IMG/VR virus record: IMGVR_UViG_3300046460_000097
DNA: 64,000 bases
From: a virus
Lineage: Duplodnaviria; Caudoviricetes
Strand: one strand, 5' to 3'
Shown here: in pieces, positions 27,971-37,153 of the stretch
How positions within the stretch are numbered: the first letter of the stretch is position 1
Layout: each line of letters begins with the position of its first letter
Made by a program: the position numbers and the translations under genes
Notes under the pieces: generated by a model
The model's database searches: none
What the model was told of the DNA's origin: nothing
Seen by the model: the letters and a program-made list of their open reading frames with translations, nothing else

Positions 27971-28696
27971 ATGGAACTTGAAGTAGCAGAGTACTACATT
28001 CCTGCTGAAGACGAACCCAGTGTGTTCCGTTCCGATAACAATTATTGGGCGTGGCCACTGTGGTTTGATGCGAGGCAAAGGGGTGCGTACTACGCCGATT
28101 GGAAAGAAAAGAATCCTGATAAACCGATGTACCATTGCCCTCCGGCTTGGTTTGCTTTGCAAGATCCGATAATGGAAAGCGTCAAGCTGATCAAGCGGCT
28201 GCGTAACGAGTTGCAACCAAACTGGTTACCAGATCCTCCTGTCTTCGATCCAGCACCCACCATGTTTATCGGCGATACCCGCAAGATCAGTTTGCGCTGG
28301 GTGTTGCAATACGCTCGTGACAACAACATGTCTCCGGAGTCTGCGGTGTTGGTCGCCGAGCACGAGCGCGATCTCAGCGGACTGACGCTGGATAACCAGG
28401 AATATTGGCAAGACCGTTGGTGGAAGGACATCATGGCTCTTCCTGGGATTGGTTATCCCATCTGGCGCTACAAAGTCGGTCCAGAAACTGTGGCGGTTCC
28501 GTATCTACTACTACCCGGCCCAATAAGCGAGTCCATCGTTATTGTCCAGGTACACGAGAAGAACCCCAAGTTAACCTACAAGTTGGTTACCATCAAGCAG
28601 AAGGGTGGTGAATTTGTGGGTGAGTTCACTGGTTATGAAGGGTTTGGTCAAGAACAACTGACTGCGCTTCTCCATACGTTCTGGGCTGGTTTCTAA
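27971..28696 (+). CDS. Hypothetical Trp/Pro-rich protein (241 aa)
   Basis: GGGGAAG RBS; operonic. Confidence 0.75.
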   Translation: MELEVAEYYIPAEDEPSVFRSDNNYWAWPLWFDARQRGAYYADWKEKNPDKPMYHCPPAWFALQDPIMESVKLIKRLRNELQPNWLPDPPVFDPAPTMFIGDTRKISLRWVLQYARDNNMSPESAVLVAEHERDLSGLTLDNQEYWQDRWWKDIMALPGIGYPIWRYKVGPETVAVPYLLLPGPISESIVIVQVHEKNPKLTYKLVTIKQKGGEFVGEFTGYEGFGQEQLTALLHTFWAGF

Positions 28697-28710
28697 TCAG
28701 GAGTCTTGTA

Positions 28711-29223
28711 ATGGCAAAAGAGTTTAAACCAAAGGTGGGCGTGACTCCGACGGGTGCTTTGGTGCGTCTGCCTAAAGAGTACATCGATGTAAAGTGCGGT
28801 GGTCTCACTACACACGAGATGAACGCCAACGGTCGTCTGTATGCACCTGGGTCCATGGACAAACTCGTGCACGACTGGAAACCATCGAAGGAGTTACAGG
28901 ACCTGCTGGATAATCCACCTAAGTACACCTTGGGTGTGTTGGACGGTAAGGCGTGCATCTACGAGGAAGGTAAATGGCCTCGTGGGTTCTCTCCTGTGGT
29001 AACCACCGATACTCCAGGACGTACTGGTGTGGTATACACCAAGGAGGCTTTGGAGAAGTTAGTCGGTCAACAACTGCGTCTCAGCAAGAACGATCTTGTT
29101 GTACTGAGTGCGCTGACTAAACCGGAATCGTTTAACGTTAGCGTGCGCTCTTTCAGTGTGCCGCCAGAAGAACCTCACGAGTGCTACTTTCGCACTGTCA
29201 CTGTTGATTTCCCAAAAGACTGA
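28711..29223 (+). CDS. Hypothetical protein with two NxxGRxY-like motifs
   Basis: AGGAG RBS; NANGRLY...MDKLV and GRTGVVYTKEALEKLV. Confidence 0.7.
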   Translation: MAKEFKPKVGVTPTGALVRLPKEYIDVKCGGLTTHEMNANGRLYAPGSMDKLVHDWKPSKELQDLLDNPPKYTLGVLDGKACIYEEGKWPRGFSPVVTTDTPGRTGVVYTKEALEKLVGQQLRLSKNDLVVLSALTKPESFNVSVRSFSVPPEEPHECYFRTVTVDFPKD

Positions 29224-29228
29224 GCACT

Positions 29229-29747
29229 ATGGCAATTCTGTCACAGCTGGAAGATTACAAAGACCCCTTCAAAGAAGAGAAGGCGGTGTTCGACCACTTC
29301 ACCAGCAACTGGACTACTAACCCCAAGAAGTTGCAGAAGCTGGCTACCCGTATGATTCACTCTGGTGACTATTCGGAATACCTAGTAGAGGGTGTTCTAA
29401 AATCTGTTTTGCGAACCAGAGACCCGCTTGGGTATCTGAAGGAATGTATTAACCAGCACGCTGATTATGCTGTGATCATCCCTGATTTCATCGAGCAAGG
29501 GTTCCACGGGATTATCAAGGATAAGTGGACTGACACTCTTTATCCGCTTGAAGTTAAGGCGTTGGCTAAATGGCTGAAGCTTGAAGACCGTTGGTCAGAA
29601 GAGCAAGAGATCGAAATCATGGAGACAGCAGTTTCTTCATGGATGGAAGCGAACGGTTCCACCAAGTTTGACGGTAAGGTATTGCTGTTTCCCATCTTTG
29701 GGTTCAGTGGTTACTTCCGTGTAATGAAATTCCCTCGCAAGGAGTAA
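29229..29747 (+). CDS. Hypothetical protein, TTNPKKL family member 3
   Basis: NWTTNPKKL, GFHGII, IFGFSG. Confidence 0.8.
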   Translation: MAILSQLEDYKDPFKEEKAVFDHFTSNWTTNPKKLQKLATRMIHSGDYSEYLVEGVLKSVLRTRDPLGYLKECINQHADYAVIIPDFIEQGFHGIIKDKWTDTLYPLEVKALAKWLKLEDRWSEEQEIEIMETAVSSWMEANGSTKFDGKVLLFPIFGFSGYFRVMKFPRKE

Positions 29748-29750
29748 CGT

Positions 29751-29909
29751 ATGAACGCAGTAGAGAAAGATGCAATCCCTATGCCTACCGACCCTATGTG
29801 GCACCTGGCACGTAAACCACCGGGTATCCGTAGCAAACCTCGCCCTCGTCGCGTAGTGCCGCTGGACGATCCTGCAAAGGCTCAGGAAGACAAAGGTTTT
29901 TACCTGTAG
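29751..29909 (+). CDS. Small hypothetical protein (52 aa, not in ORF track)
   Basis: AAGGAG RBS; MNAVEKDAIPMP...GFYL. Confidence 0.55.
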   Translation: MNAVEKDAIPMPTDPMWHLARKPPGIRSKPRPRRVVPLDDPAKAQEDKGFYL

Positions 29910-29917
29910 GGGGTTTT

Positions 29918-30082
29918 GTGGACGAGAAACCCAAAAAGAAGATCTTGATAATAGGCATCGGGACTACTCTCGGGACCGATGCTCTGAAAGAAGCGCTACT
30001 GGATAAAGCCGTAAAGGAAATTGCTCCAAATCACGGCTATAAACAGCGGGCCAAGAAAGGTCGCCCTCAAAGGCCGTATTAA
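29918..30082 (+). CDS. Small basic hypothetical protein (~54 aa, GTG start, not in ORF track)
   Basis: AGGGGG upstream; MDEKPKKKILIIGIGTT...RPQRPY fills the gap before 30097. Confidence 0.45.
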   Translation: MDEKPKKKILIIGIGTTLGTDALKEALLDKAVKEIAPNHGYKQRAKKGRPQRPY

Positions 30083-30096
30083 GTAAGGACCGAGAC

Positions 30097-30393
30097 ATGA
30101 AAAGTAACCGTATTGGTCGCGCCTTAGTTGGCGGGGTTCCGGTCATTGCCGATCAAGACACACTTATTAAGCTGAAGGTTAAGTTTACACCTTTAGGGGA
30201 ACGTGACCTCGCTAAGTACCTTGAGTGCCAAGAGGGTGTTCTGTACGGTAACACCAGTCTTCCCGGCATGCGTATTCTTAAGGCGTACGTTGAAGAAAAC
30301 AATCTTGATGTAGAGGTGGCTCGTGATATGAAGATGGGTCGTCGCGAGAACCGTAATAATCGACGTAATAAAGCTAAGGCTAACGAGGAGTAA
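30097..30393 (+). CDS. Hypothetical protein with a basic C-terminal tail (98 aa)
   Basis: AAGGA RBS. Confidence 0.7.
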   Translation: MKSNRIGRALVGGVPVIADQDTLIKLKVKFTPLGERDLAKYLECQEGVLYGNTSLPGMRILKAYVEENNLDVEVARDMKMGRRENRNNRRNKAKANEE

Positions 30394-30396
30394 AAC

Positions 30397-30936
30397 ATGG
30401 GTTGGATTACAAACATTAACTTCTTGGATGGTGTTGAACTTAACGGCACCAAGGTTGCTCGTGGTGTGGGTACTCAGGTTCGCTGGGATCTCGGTATCGG
30501 TGGGTTCAACATCGACAAGAACGGCAAGATCTTGCCTGATGTTTGGCACGGTCATCCGTTTGCTGGTAAGGCGAAGGACGACTACGAGAAAGAACTGGCT
30601 AACTGGACGGGTCCTATGGATACCACCATGGGTGTTCTGTTCTTCAAGGAAGGTCAGCTCTGCCATCTCGATCTGTGTCTGGACGACGTGGGTAGTTATC
30701 TCCTCAACCACACCGGCATCGACTGGGCCTGTCAGCGCGATCAGATCTACCGGTCCATGACGCTGGAAGCTTTCGAAGGTTTCGAAAAGGAGATCAACGA
30801 GTTCCGGGAGAAGTTGTTGTCGGATTCTCCTCTTGATGAAGAAGATCCTGACGAATACGCTTTCTCTGTTGCACGCAAGATCTACAAAGAACGTACCGGT
30901 GAAATCACCGATCCGTACTACGCAAGGGCAGGTTAA
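30397..30936 (+). CDS. Hypothetical acidic protein (179 aa)
   Basis: GAGGAG RBS. Confidence 0.75.
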   Translation: MGWITNINFLDGVELNGTKVARGVGTQVRWDLGIGGFNIDKNGKILPDVWHGHPFAGKAKDDYEKELANWTGPMDTTMGVLFFKEGQLCHLDLCLDDVGSYLLNHTGIDWACQRDQIYRSMTLEAFEGFEKEINEFREKLLSDSPLDEEDPDEYAFSVARKIYKERTGEITDPYYARAG

Positions 30937-30946
30937 GGAGAAAACA

Positions 30947-31204
30947 ATGTCCGCTAACAAAGAAGAAATAGACCGCCGAAACAAAGTAAGGGCGTGGTTA
31001 GAGACCCGCGGGAATACTTGTCTGGCGGGGATTGCCTCGGCACTGTTTACGACTGTTCACGATACCAAAGGTGGCATCACCATGCTTGCGCACGGTTATC
31101 TTGATGCTGCCGGCAATCAGAGCTGGTTCGAGCTCAATGTGCTCGACCATGATTTGGTAGTTCTTGAGTTGCTCAGCCGGACCAGCTCTGAAGATCCAGA
31201 TTAA
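30947..31204 (+). CDS. Hypothetical protein (85 aa)
   Basis: ATG 30947 after AAGGAG; the track start at 30833 overlaps the upstream gene. Confidence 0.7.
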   Translation: MSANKEEIDRRNKVRAWLETRGNTCLAGIASALFTTVHDTKGGITMLAHGYLDAAGNQSWFELNVLDHDLVVLELLSRTSSEDPD

Positions 31205-31224
31205 GTTGTAGTTTGCTTCACATC

Positions 31225-31232
31225 TATATTAC
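31225..31232 (+). promoter_or_regulatory. Phage early promoter core
   Basis: CTATATTACCCGGGTAG, intergenic. Confidence 0.75.
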
Positions 31233-31284
31233 CCGGGTAGTTGTAACAACACTCTTTCTTACACGTTTCTAAAAGGATACAACT

Positions 31285-32079
31285 GTGGACCAGGTCAAGA
31301 ATCCAGTTAAGCTTTACATTACCGCAACCGAAGCTCGTGGTCTTGCAGCCATGGAGCATTACCAGTCGCGTGAACTGACCGACGTTGAGAAGGTCATCAA
31401 ACACATCTGGACTGTTTCCCGTATGGCGAACAGCACGGTTGCAGAACGTGGCGAGAAGAAGAAGGAAGTTGACTTCACTGTCAAGACCCTGCTCGACTTC
31501 TGCGGTGACGATCGTCTGGCTAGCCGTATTGAGCTGGCCGCCTACAGTCCTGAGATCATGAAGGACTTGCTGGCGGTTTACCCGATGGTCGAGTTCGAAG
31601 ATCTCATCTGCCAGAGAGTTACTTTGGCACCGTTGGCCTTTGCACACGCCGCTGGTTATTCCTTCGCGCAGGTTAAAGGTTTCGCTGAGTGGTTGTTGTC
31701 GTTCTATGCCGTGTTGGAGAAGCTTCCTAAGGGCGTAGAAACGTACATCGGTACACCACAGACCGACTACATCGGTTTGAAGGGTGTGTGGCTCAGAACG
31801 CAAGACAAGAAGTTCCTGGGCTATGTGCTGAACCCGGTCACCCAAACACAAATCAATGGGCTGTTCGGGCTGCAACGTATCCCGGGTGGGATGATCTCTC
31901 CGATCGATACCATCCAGCGGCTGGAGCTGTACAAGGAACCGGATCTGTACCGCCGGGTTCAAGTAGAGGCACCAGTTACCAAGTTCAAACTGACGTTTCC
32001 ACTGACCATGGATTACTCTGGCAAGTTGTTGAAAGCGGTCAACGAAGAAACCAATAGCACTTACTACTTCTGCTTGTAA
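31285..32079 (+). CDS. Hypothetical protein (264 aa)
   Basis: GTG start after AAGGA; first gene after the promoter. Confidence 0.75.
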   Translation: MDQVKNPVKLYITATEARGLAAMEHYQSRELTDVEKVIKHIWTVSRMANSTVAERGEKKKEVDFTVKTLLDFCGDDRLASRIELAAYSPEIMKDLLAVYPMVEFEDLICQRVTLAPLAFAHAAGYSFAQVKGFAEWLLSFYAVLEKLPKGVETYIGTPQTDYIGLKGVWLRTQDKKFLGYVLNPVTQTQINGLFGLQRIPGGMISPIDTIQRLELYKEPDLYRRVQVEAPVTKFKLTFPLTMDYSGKLLKAVNEETNSTYYFCL

Positions 32080-32134
32080 GCGCTATTGGCGGCATGTTAC
32101 GGACAAAACACAAAACAACATTAGGAGTTTGTAG

Positions 32135-32611
32135 ATGAATATCAAGAAGATTGGTTTTGGTCTGATCACAATGATTGTGATCTTGTTTGTTGTTTCTCCG
32201 ATGTTCGCAGCCGCGAATACAAATGTAACCAGTCCCAACTATGACGTCAACTCGAAAGAGCGGACGTACAAGTGCGAGGCTTTCACCAAGAATTCCGTGC
32301 AGTCTGATGGTAAACTCACGGATAACAAACCGAAGTACTCAATTACTACGGTGCGGGAAGATAGCAAAGGTTTCACGATTGAAGCCGGGGGTGCCTTCAA
32401 AGAGAAGATGTTCCTCAGTAGCGAGCTGACAGGTCCGTTCAACAACTTCGGCTCTGATAGCAGAACTATCCTGTCTCTGCGTAACGATGTACCGGGTGCG
32501 CTCTATTTCACGATCTACACTTTTGCTGATGAGCAAGACCCGGAAGACCGTCCGCGTAATGCGCCTATCGAGAACCTCACCGTTCTGGGTCAGTGCCGCC
32601 GTACGCAATAA
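32135..32611 (+). CDS. Secreted/periplasmic protein with a Sec signal peptide
   Basis: Basic N-terminus, hydrophobic core, MFAA cleavage-like site; two Cys near the ends of the mature domain; AGGAG RBS. Confidence 0.7.
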   Translation: MNIKKIGFGLITMIVILFVVSPMFAAANTNVTSPNYDVNSKERTYKCEAFTKNSVQSDGKLTDNKPKYSITTVREDSKGFTIEAGGAFKEKMFLSSELTGPFNNFGSDSRTILSLRNDVPGALYFTIYTFADEQDPEDRPRNAPIENLTVLGQCRRTQ

Positions 32612-32624
32612 CTGCAAGTAGATT

Positions 32625-32662
32625 CCTAACCCACAGGAGCCTTAGGGTTCTTGTGGGTTAGG
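32625..32662 (+). terminator. Long-stem terminator hairpin
   Basis: CCTAACCCACAGGAGCC-TTAG-GGTTCTTGTGGGTTAGG. Confidence 0.75.
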
Positions 32663-32771
32663 GTCTATTATGCTTTCTAATTTGTAACTGCACCGCCTAT
32701 TTATTACTAACAGCCCGGACGTTTATGCATCTGGGCTGTTATGTTCGGCTGACAGGTTAATGGAGTTGTAC

Positions 32772-33254
32772 ATGAAACTGAAGACACCTGTTATAATGCG
32801 GAAGTTTAAAGCGGACACGATGGTAGATCCTGAACGAGCTATCGTCGCTAACCTGTACGAAAGTCTGATTCGTTTTGAAGCAGACCTTGCCAAAGAACAT
32901 GTCAATCTCACTGACACTCAAATGAAGGGGTTGGTGGAAGAGTTTGTTAACACAACACTAGACTACGGGCTGGTAGCTTTTAATGCCTTCAAGGAGCCGG
33001 TTGGGCTGTTGTTTGTAGACAAGGGCCAGCCTTACGAGATAGCGGGGTTGTACGTGTCTCCTGAGGTCCGCTCAAGTGGCGTGGGAGAAAGACTCATCAG
33101 GGTGTTCCAAGTTAACCTTGGTAACATACCTGTTCAAGTTCAGTGCTTTGTCGGTAACCTTCGAGCTATGGAGTTCTACAAACGAGTAGGCTTCGAGTTT
33201 GAACTCGGCAGTATGTTCAATAAAGGTACGCTGCCTAGCCGCACTGCGATTTAA
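32772..33254 (+). CDS. GNAT-family acetyltransferase
   Basis: IAGLYVSPEVRSSGVGERL (acetyl-CoA motif A) and NLRAMEFYKRVGF; start 32772 after GGAG, or 32760. Confidence 0.85.
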   Translation: MKLKTPVIMRKFKADTMVDPERAIVANLYESLIRFEADLAKEHVNLTDTQMKGLVEEFVNTTLDYGLVAFNAFKEPVGLLFVDKGQPYEIAGLYVSPEVRSSGVGERLIRVFQVNLGNIPVQVQCFVGNLRAMEFYKRVGFEFELGSMFNKGTLPSRTAI

Positions 33255-33274
33255 GATACATTGGATCTTAGACC

Positions 33275-33282
33275 TATATTAC
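33275..33282 (+). promoter_or_regulatory. Phage early promoter core
   Basis: AGACCTATATTACTTGGGTAG, intergenic. Confidence 0.8.
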
Positions 33283-33316
33283 TTGGGTAGAATAGTAATA
33301 GCACTAATTCATAAGG

Positions 33317-33559
33317 ATGAAATTTGACATGTGGGCAGCAATAAGCGCTTTACCGATGATTTTCGCAGTTCTTGGATTGGGTGTGTTTGCAAACGCCCCT
33401 TACAGTTTTGCCAAGGGCTGGGTTAAATCTCAAGCAGTTTGGGAATGGGTACTCTTGCTGGCTGTACTGTTGAACGTAGGTTTGTTCATCAAGCAAGTTC
33501 CAACAATTGTTTTCGTCGATTCTACTCTCGTTTCACTACACAAGGAAGCACGTCAATGA
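33317..33559 (+). CDS. Small two-TM membrane protein (80 aa)
   Basis: Two hydrophobic helices; first gene after the early promoter. Confidence 0.7.
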   Translation: MKFDMWAAISALPMIFAVLGLGVFANAPYSFAKGWVKSQAVWEWVLLLAVLLNVGLFIKQVPTIVFVDSTLVSLHKEARQ

Positions 33560-35238
33560 GTAACGATAAGAAGTTTGTAGCAGCACCGTCCATGGAGTGG
33601 CTGGTTAAAGGTGAGAAGGATTCCTTCGCTCACTACCTGCAACGGCCGCGTGAAGATTTGCCTTGCTCCGACATGAGCGATGACACGCTGGCCAACTATG
33701 CGTTCATGTACTACAACCGTCCCCTCGGTGAAGAACACGACATTCTGCTGGGCAGGGCTGAAGGTCACCATCCAAAGATTGCTTTCATGACTGCAACCAA
33801 AGAACGTATGCGCTGGTTGGCTCGTCGTGTGGCGGTGCTGGAAGGCAACTATCCTGAGGTCGACATTCCTTACGACATCGCTGCCAAGGTCGCCAAGCAG
33901 GAACGTCGTCTGATGACCGAGTACGAAAACCTGTTCAGCGGGTTGTGCACTGCGATGGGTACTGACAAAGGCTTTACCAGCAACGTCGGGGCTCGCAAAG
34001 CCGGCAAGGAACTGGCAAAGCTGGGTGTTGATGAGCGTCTGATCCACAAGGGTCTGTGTGTTTACATGCATCTGGGTAACTACACACTTACCGAGTGGTC
34101 CCAGACTTACACGGAAGCGATGAGTAATCTGCGTGAGCTCGTAGCAGCTTACGAGAAGTTGTCGGGGGTGACAGTTGTTCCTACTCAACGCTACATCCTG
34201 ACCGACATGCACGGTGCCCGCGGTGTGGTCTGTGAAGTCATTCCTGATGACCAAATGCCAGAACCGGGTGCTTACGACAAACCGGTGGCGGAAATCATTC
34301 ACCTCGGTCGTCGTGCTGCTGAAGTGACGTACACCGACACTGGTGGCAATAAAGTCTCGTCCCATCCGTTCGTGGTGGAAGCAAACCGTTCACTCGACGC
34401 GGCCAAGGCGACATTCGATAAGGCGGGGATTTCAATTCCTTTCCATGTTTCGAAAGAAGAAGGTCTGGTGTTCTTCAACGTCAACGGTCACCTGACTGCT
34501 GAAGAACTCGAAGCACTGGTGTACTTGGCCAGAAACTCCGAGTTGAAAGGTGACTCAGGTTCGCTGTGGACTTCGGATCACGTGATTGTTCCGAATGAAC
34601 GACGTGCCCTGAGTCGTCTGAACCAGTTTGCTACTGGGGACGAGTATGAACAGCGCAGAGCTCATTTGCGTTGGTCGCAAGACGTATTGGGTATCTACAT
34701 GGCACTCGGTCTGGAACACGCCAAGGTTACTCAACGTTTCGTGGTCGACAAGATCGCCTGCATTGTTAAAGTGCCTGAAGATGATATTCGTACGGCACTG
34801 GGTTTCGACAACGGGACAGATATGGTTAAACGACTGGCTGTGTTTACCGAACTCTGTAAGCACCTGACTGCGGCTGGCAAAGTTATTCCGACTCGTGAGC
34901 ATTACGACATCGGTGTACCATTCTTCGCCACTGGTGGGCGTAGCAAGGTAACCCCGTCGTCGCCCTCTCCATTCCTTCAGGAAGGTATGTTCAACAGTAC
35001 GCACGACATTCTCGGCAATCCGTTGCCGGTGTTCCTTGCTTCCGAACAAAATGGTGCTGGTGGCGTTGCACAGAAGAACCTTTCTGTGCTGCGTGATCTG
35101 AATGACCGCGAGTTCAGTGAGTTGTTTACTCGTGTCATGCAGCGCAATATCACCGGTGAAGAAGCAAAGCTGTACGGTCACTTCTCTACCGCTGATTTCT
35201 GTAACGTTGCAAGCGATCGCCTTAACCGCGAATCGTAA
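33556..35238 (+). CDS. Hypothetical multi-domain protein (~560 aa)
   Basis: ATGA overlap with the upstream stop; AAGGAAG RBS. Confidence 0.75.
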   Translation: MSNDKKFVAAPSMEWLVKGEKDSFAHYLQRPREDLPCSDMSDDTLANYAFMYYNRPLGEEHDILLGRAEGHHPKIAFMTATKERMRWLARRVAVLEGNYPEVDIPYDIAAKVAKQERRLMTEYENLFSGLCTAMGTDKGFTSNVGARKAGKELAKLGVDERLIHKGLCVYMHLGNYTLTEWSQTYTEAMSNLRELVAAYEKLSGVTVVPTQRYILTDMHGARGVVCEVIPDDQMPEPGAYDKPVAEIIHLGRRAAEVTYTDTGGNKVSSHPFVVEANRSLDAAKATFDKAGISIPFHVSKEEGLVFFNVNGHLTAEELEALVYLARNSELKGDSGSLWTSDHVIVPNERRALSRLNQFATGDEYEQRRAHLRWSQDVLGIYMALGLEHAKVTQRFVVDKIACIVKVPEDDIRTALGFDNGTDMVKRLAVFTELCKHLTAAGKVIPTREHYDIGVPFFATGGRSKVTPSSPSPFLQEGMFNSTHDILGNPLPVFLASEQNGAGGVAQKNLSVLRDLNDREFSELFTRVMQRNITGEEAKLYGHFSTADFCNVASDRLNRES

Positions 35239-35272
35239 CACTTTCAACCGCTTCAATTAGAGGAGTTTCGGC

Positions 35273-35581
35273 ATGCCTTCAAAAGAACACGGTCCGGTGA
35301 TTACTATTACTGGACTTGATAAAGAGCTTGGACAACACATCTTCAAGTTGGTTGCTAACGCTCTTGCAGATAACAATGTTCGAGGTCTGGTTCGTGTTGA
35401 ACATGCTGAACGTCCTCACTTCCTGTTTGCTTCGGCATCGCAGGTAGATGAAGCGGTTGGCATCCGGGTTGGTATTGGTGGGGAACATTCTGTCGTACTC
35501 AACCCGGGCATCATGCTTGACGGGCACTTCACTCTCGAAGAGCTCGATGGTATCTCGTACAAGTTGCGCGGCGGGGTCTAA
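35273..35581 (+). CDS. Hypothetical protein (102 aa)
   Basis: GAGGAG RBS. Confidence 0.7.
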   Translation: MPSKEHGPVITITGLDKELGQHIFKLVANALADNNVRGLVRVEHAERPHFLFASASQVDEAVGIRVGIGGEHSVVLNPGIMLDGHFTLEELDGISYKLRGGV

Positions 35582-35643
35582 CTTCGCCTTCTTGTTGTAA
35601 ACCACTTACCGGGGAACACTCGATTCCCCGAATTACTGGAGTA

Positions 35644-36204
35644 ATGATCATGGCTAGTCTTTTTCGTAATCGTACACTGTCCAATGCCTTTCCTCAACGT
35701 AACGTAGTTATTGAGTCGACTGGTGTCCGCAGTAAGAATGATGACATCCTCTTCCGCTGCTCGATTGACTTCGGCTACAGCGGTAAGTTGCTGCGCGGTA
35801 TCAGCATCAAGGCTGTTGGCAACACGTTCAAGAACATTACCAAGGATCTGCGTGAATACCAAGAAAGTATTGGTGAGATCGTTTCGATCATGACTGCCTT
35901 GAAAACTTGGGCAGCCGATGTGCGTCACAGTAATGGTGACCTTGCAGCACCTGACGATATCTTCAATCAGGTACTGTGCGAAGAACACCCGCTGATGTTT
36001 CATGCGGTGCGTAACAGTAAGGGTATTTCCTTCAAGATCTTTGGTGAAGGCCTGCACGACTTGGAAATTGCAATGGACTACAAACAGGCCGTCGCATTCC
36101 GTTCGTTTAACATCAAGATTGATTCCATCATCAATGCGTTTAACGCGCACCTGGCGGACATCAAGAACACCTCTCTCGCCACCATTCTGCAAGGAGCAGC
36201 TTAA
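35644..36204 (+). CDS. Hypothetical protein (186 aa)
   Basis: GGAG RBS. Confidence 0.7.
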   Translation: MIMASLFRNRTLSNAFPQRNVVIESTGVRSKNDDILFRCSIDFGYSGKLLRGISIKAVGNTFKNITKDLREYQESIGEIVSIMTALKTWAADVRHSNGDLAAPDDIFNQVLCEEHPLMFHAVRNSKGISFKIFGEGLHDLEIAMDYKQAVAFRSFNIKIDSIINAFNAHLADIKNTSLATILQGAA

Positions 36205-36672
36205 ATGCGTAAGTTTGTGATGTTGTTGCTGTTGTCTCTGGTATCGTTGTCTGCTATGGCTAAAACCATGCAGTGTACCGAGTTCGGTCATACCGATCTT
36301 AGCGCAGACGGTCAGCCAATGAAGATGACCAAACGTGTAACCTCGTTTAACATCGAAGATGATAAAGTCATTGTCGGTGCTGATGTTTACGTCATGGGTG
36401 ATCCTAGTAAGGTTGACCTAGAAGGTTTGGCGATCACTTACTTCCAGCAAGATGATGACAAGGTCCTGTACCTCTACATCAACGAGCAGGATCAGGAAGA
36501 GATCGGTATCAGTCGTCTGCGCCACGACAGTGACGACATGTTCGAAGATAAGTCTGTTTTCTCTGGGTGTTCTTTTGAAGTACCCGCCACGAAACAGATG
36601 AAGGTACGTGATACAAGCCGAGCTGTAGATGTCAGAAGGGTGAACAACACTCTTCCAGTTTACAGCTTCTAA
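36205..36672 (+). CDS. Secreted/periplasmic protein with a Sec signal peptide
   Basis: MRKFVMLLLLSLVSLSAMA|KT; two Cys; AAGGAG RBS. Confidence 0.75.
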   Translation: MRKFVMLLLLSLVSLSAMAKTMQCTEFGHTDLSADGQPMKMTKRVTSFNIEDDKVIVGADVYVMGDPSKVDLEGLAITYFQQDDDKVLYLYINEQDQEEIGISRLRHDSDDMFEDKSVFSGCSFEVPATKQMKVRDTSRAVDVRRVNNTLPVYSF

Positions 36673-36700
36673 CTACGTTATTGTCTTTGAGGAAACTGTT

Positions 36701-37153
36701 ATGCAGAAGTCACCCGCTGAAATGCAAGAAGCTGTTGATGCAGAGATTGCCGCTGTACTGAAAGAAATCGATGCACTGGGCAAGTTGATTCTGGAGCCCA
36801 TCCTCGCTAACCATCGCACTGACCACGCACTGTGCATGGAGATTATCAAAGCGGTGCGTGAGCAGAAGCCATTCCAGCGAGAAGAAGTAGATAACCCCAT
36901 TGGTGTGTTCATAATGGGTGCTTTGGGTGATGCGCTTGAACGTCACCCAGAACGCAGAGGCGATATTCTGCAGGCGCTGATGGAAGAGACCCCTGTTGCG
37001 AAGACCTACCCTACCGGTGTGTCTTTGTCTACCACCATGCACCCAATGCGACGGCGGAGTGTTGATGACATCGGTTCCCTCGGTGTCATCAGTCCAATGA
37101 GCAGTGCCCCTGTCAAGAAGCCAACTCACCCTGCGCCGGAGCGTCTGCAATGA
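36701..37153 (+). CDS. Hypothetical protein (150 aa)
   Basis: GAGG RBS. Confidence 0.7.
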   Translation: MQKSPAEMQEAVDAEIAAVLKEIDALGKLILEPILANHRTDHALCMEIIKAVREQKPFQREEVDNPIGVFIMGALGDALERHPERRGDILQALMEETPVAKTYPTGVSLSTTMHPMRRRSVDDIGSLGVISPMSSAPVKKPTHPAPERLQ

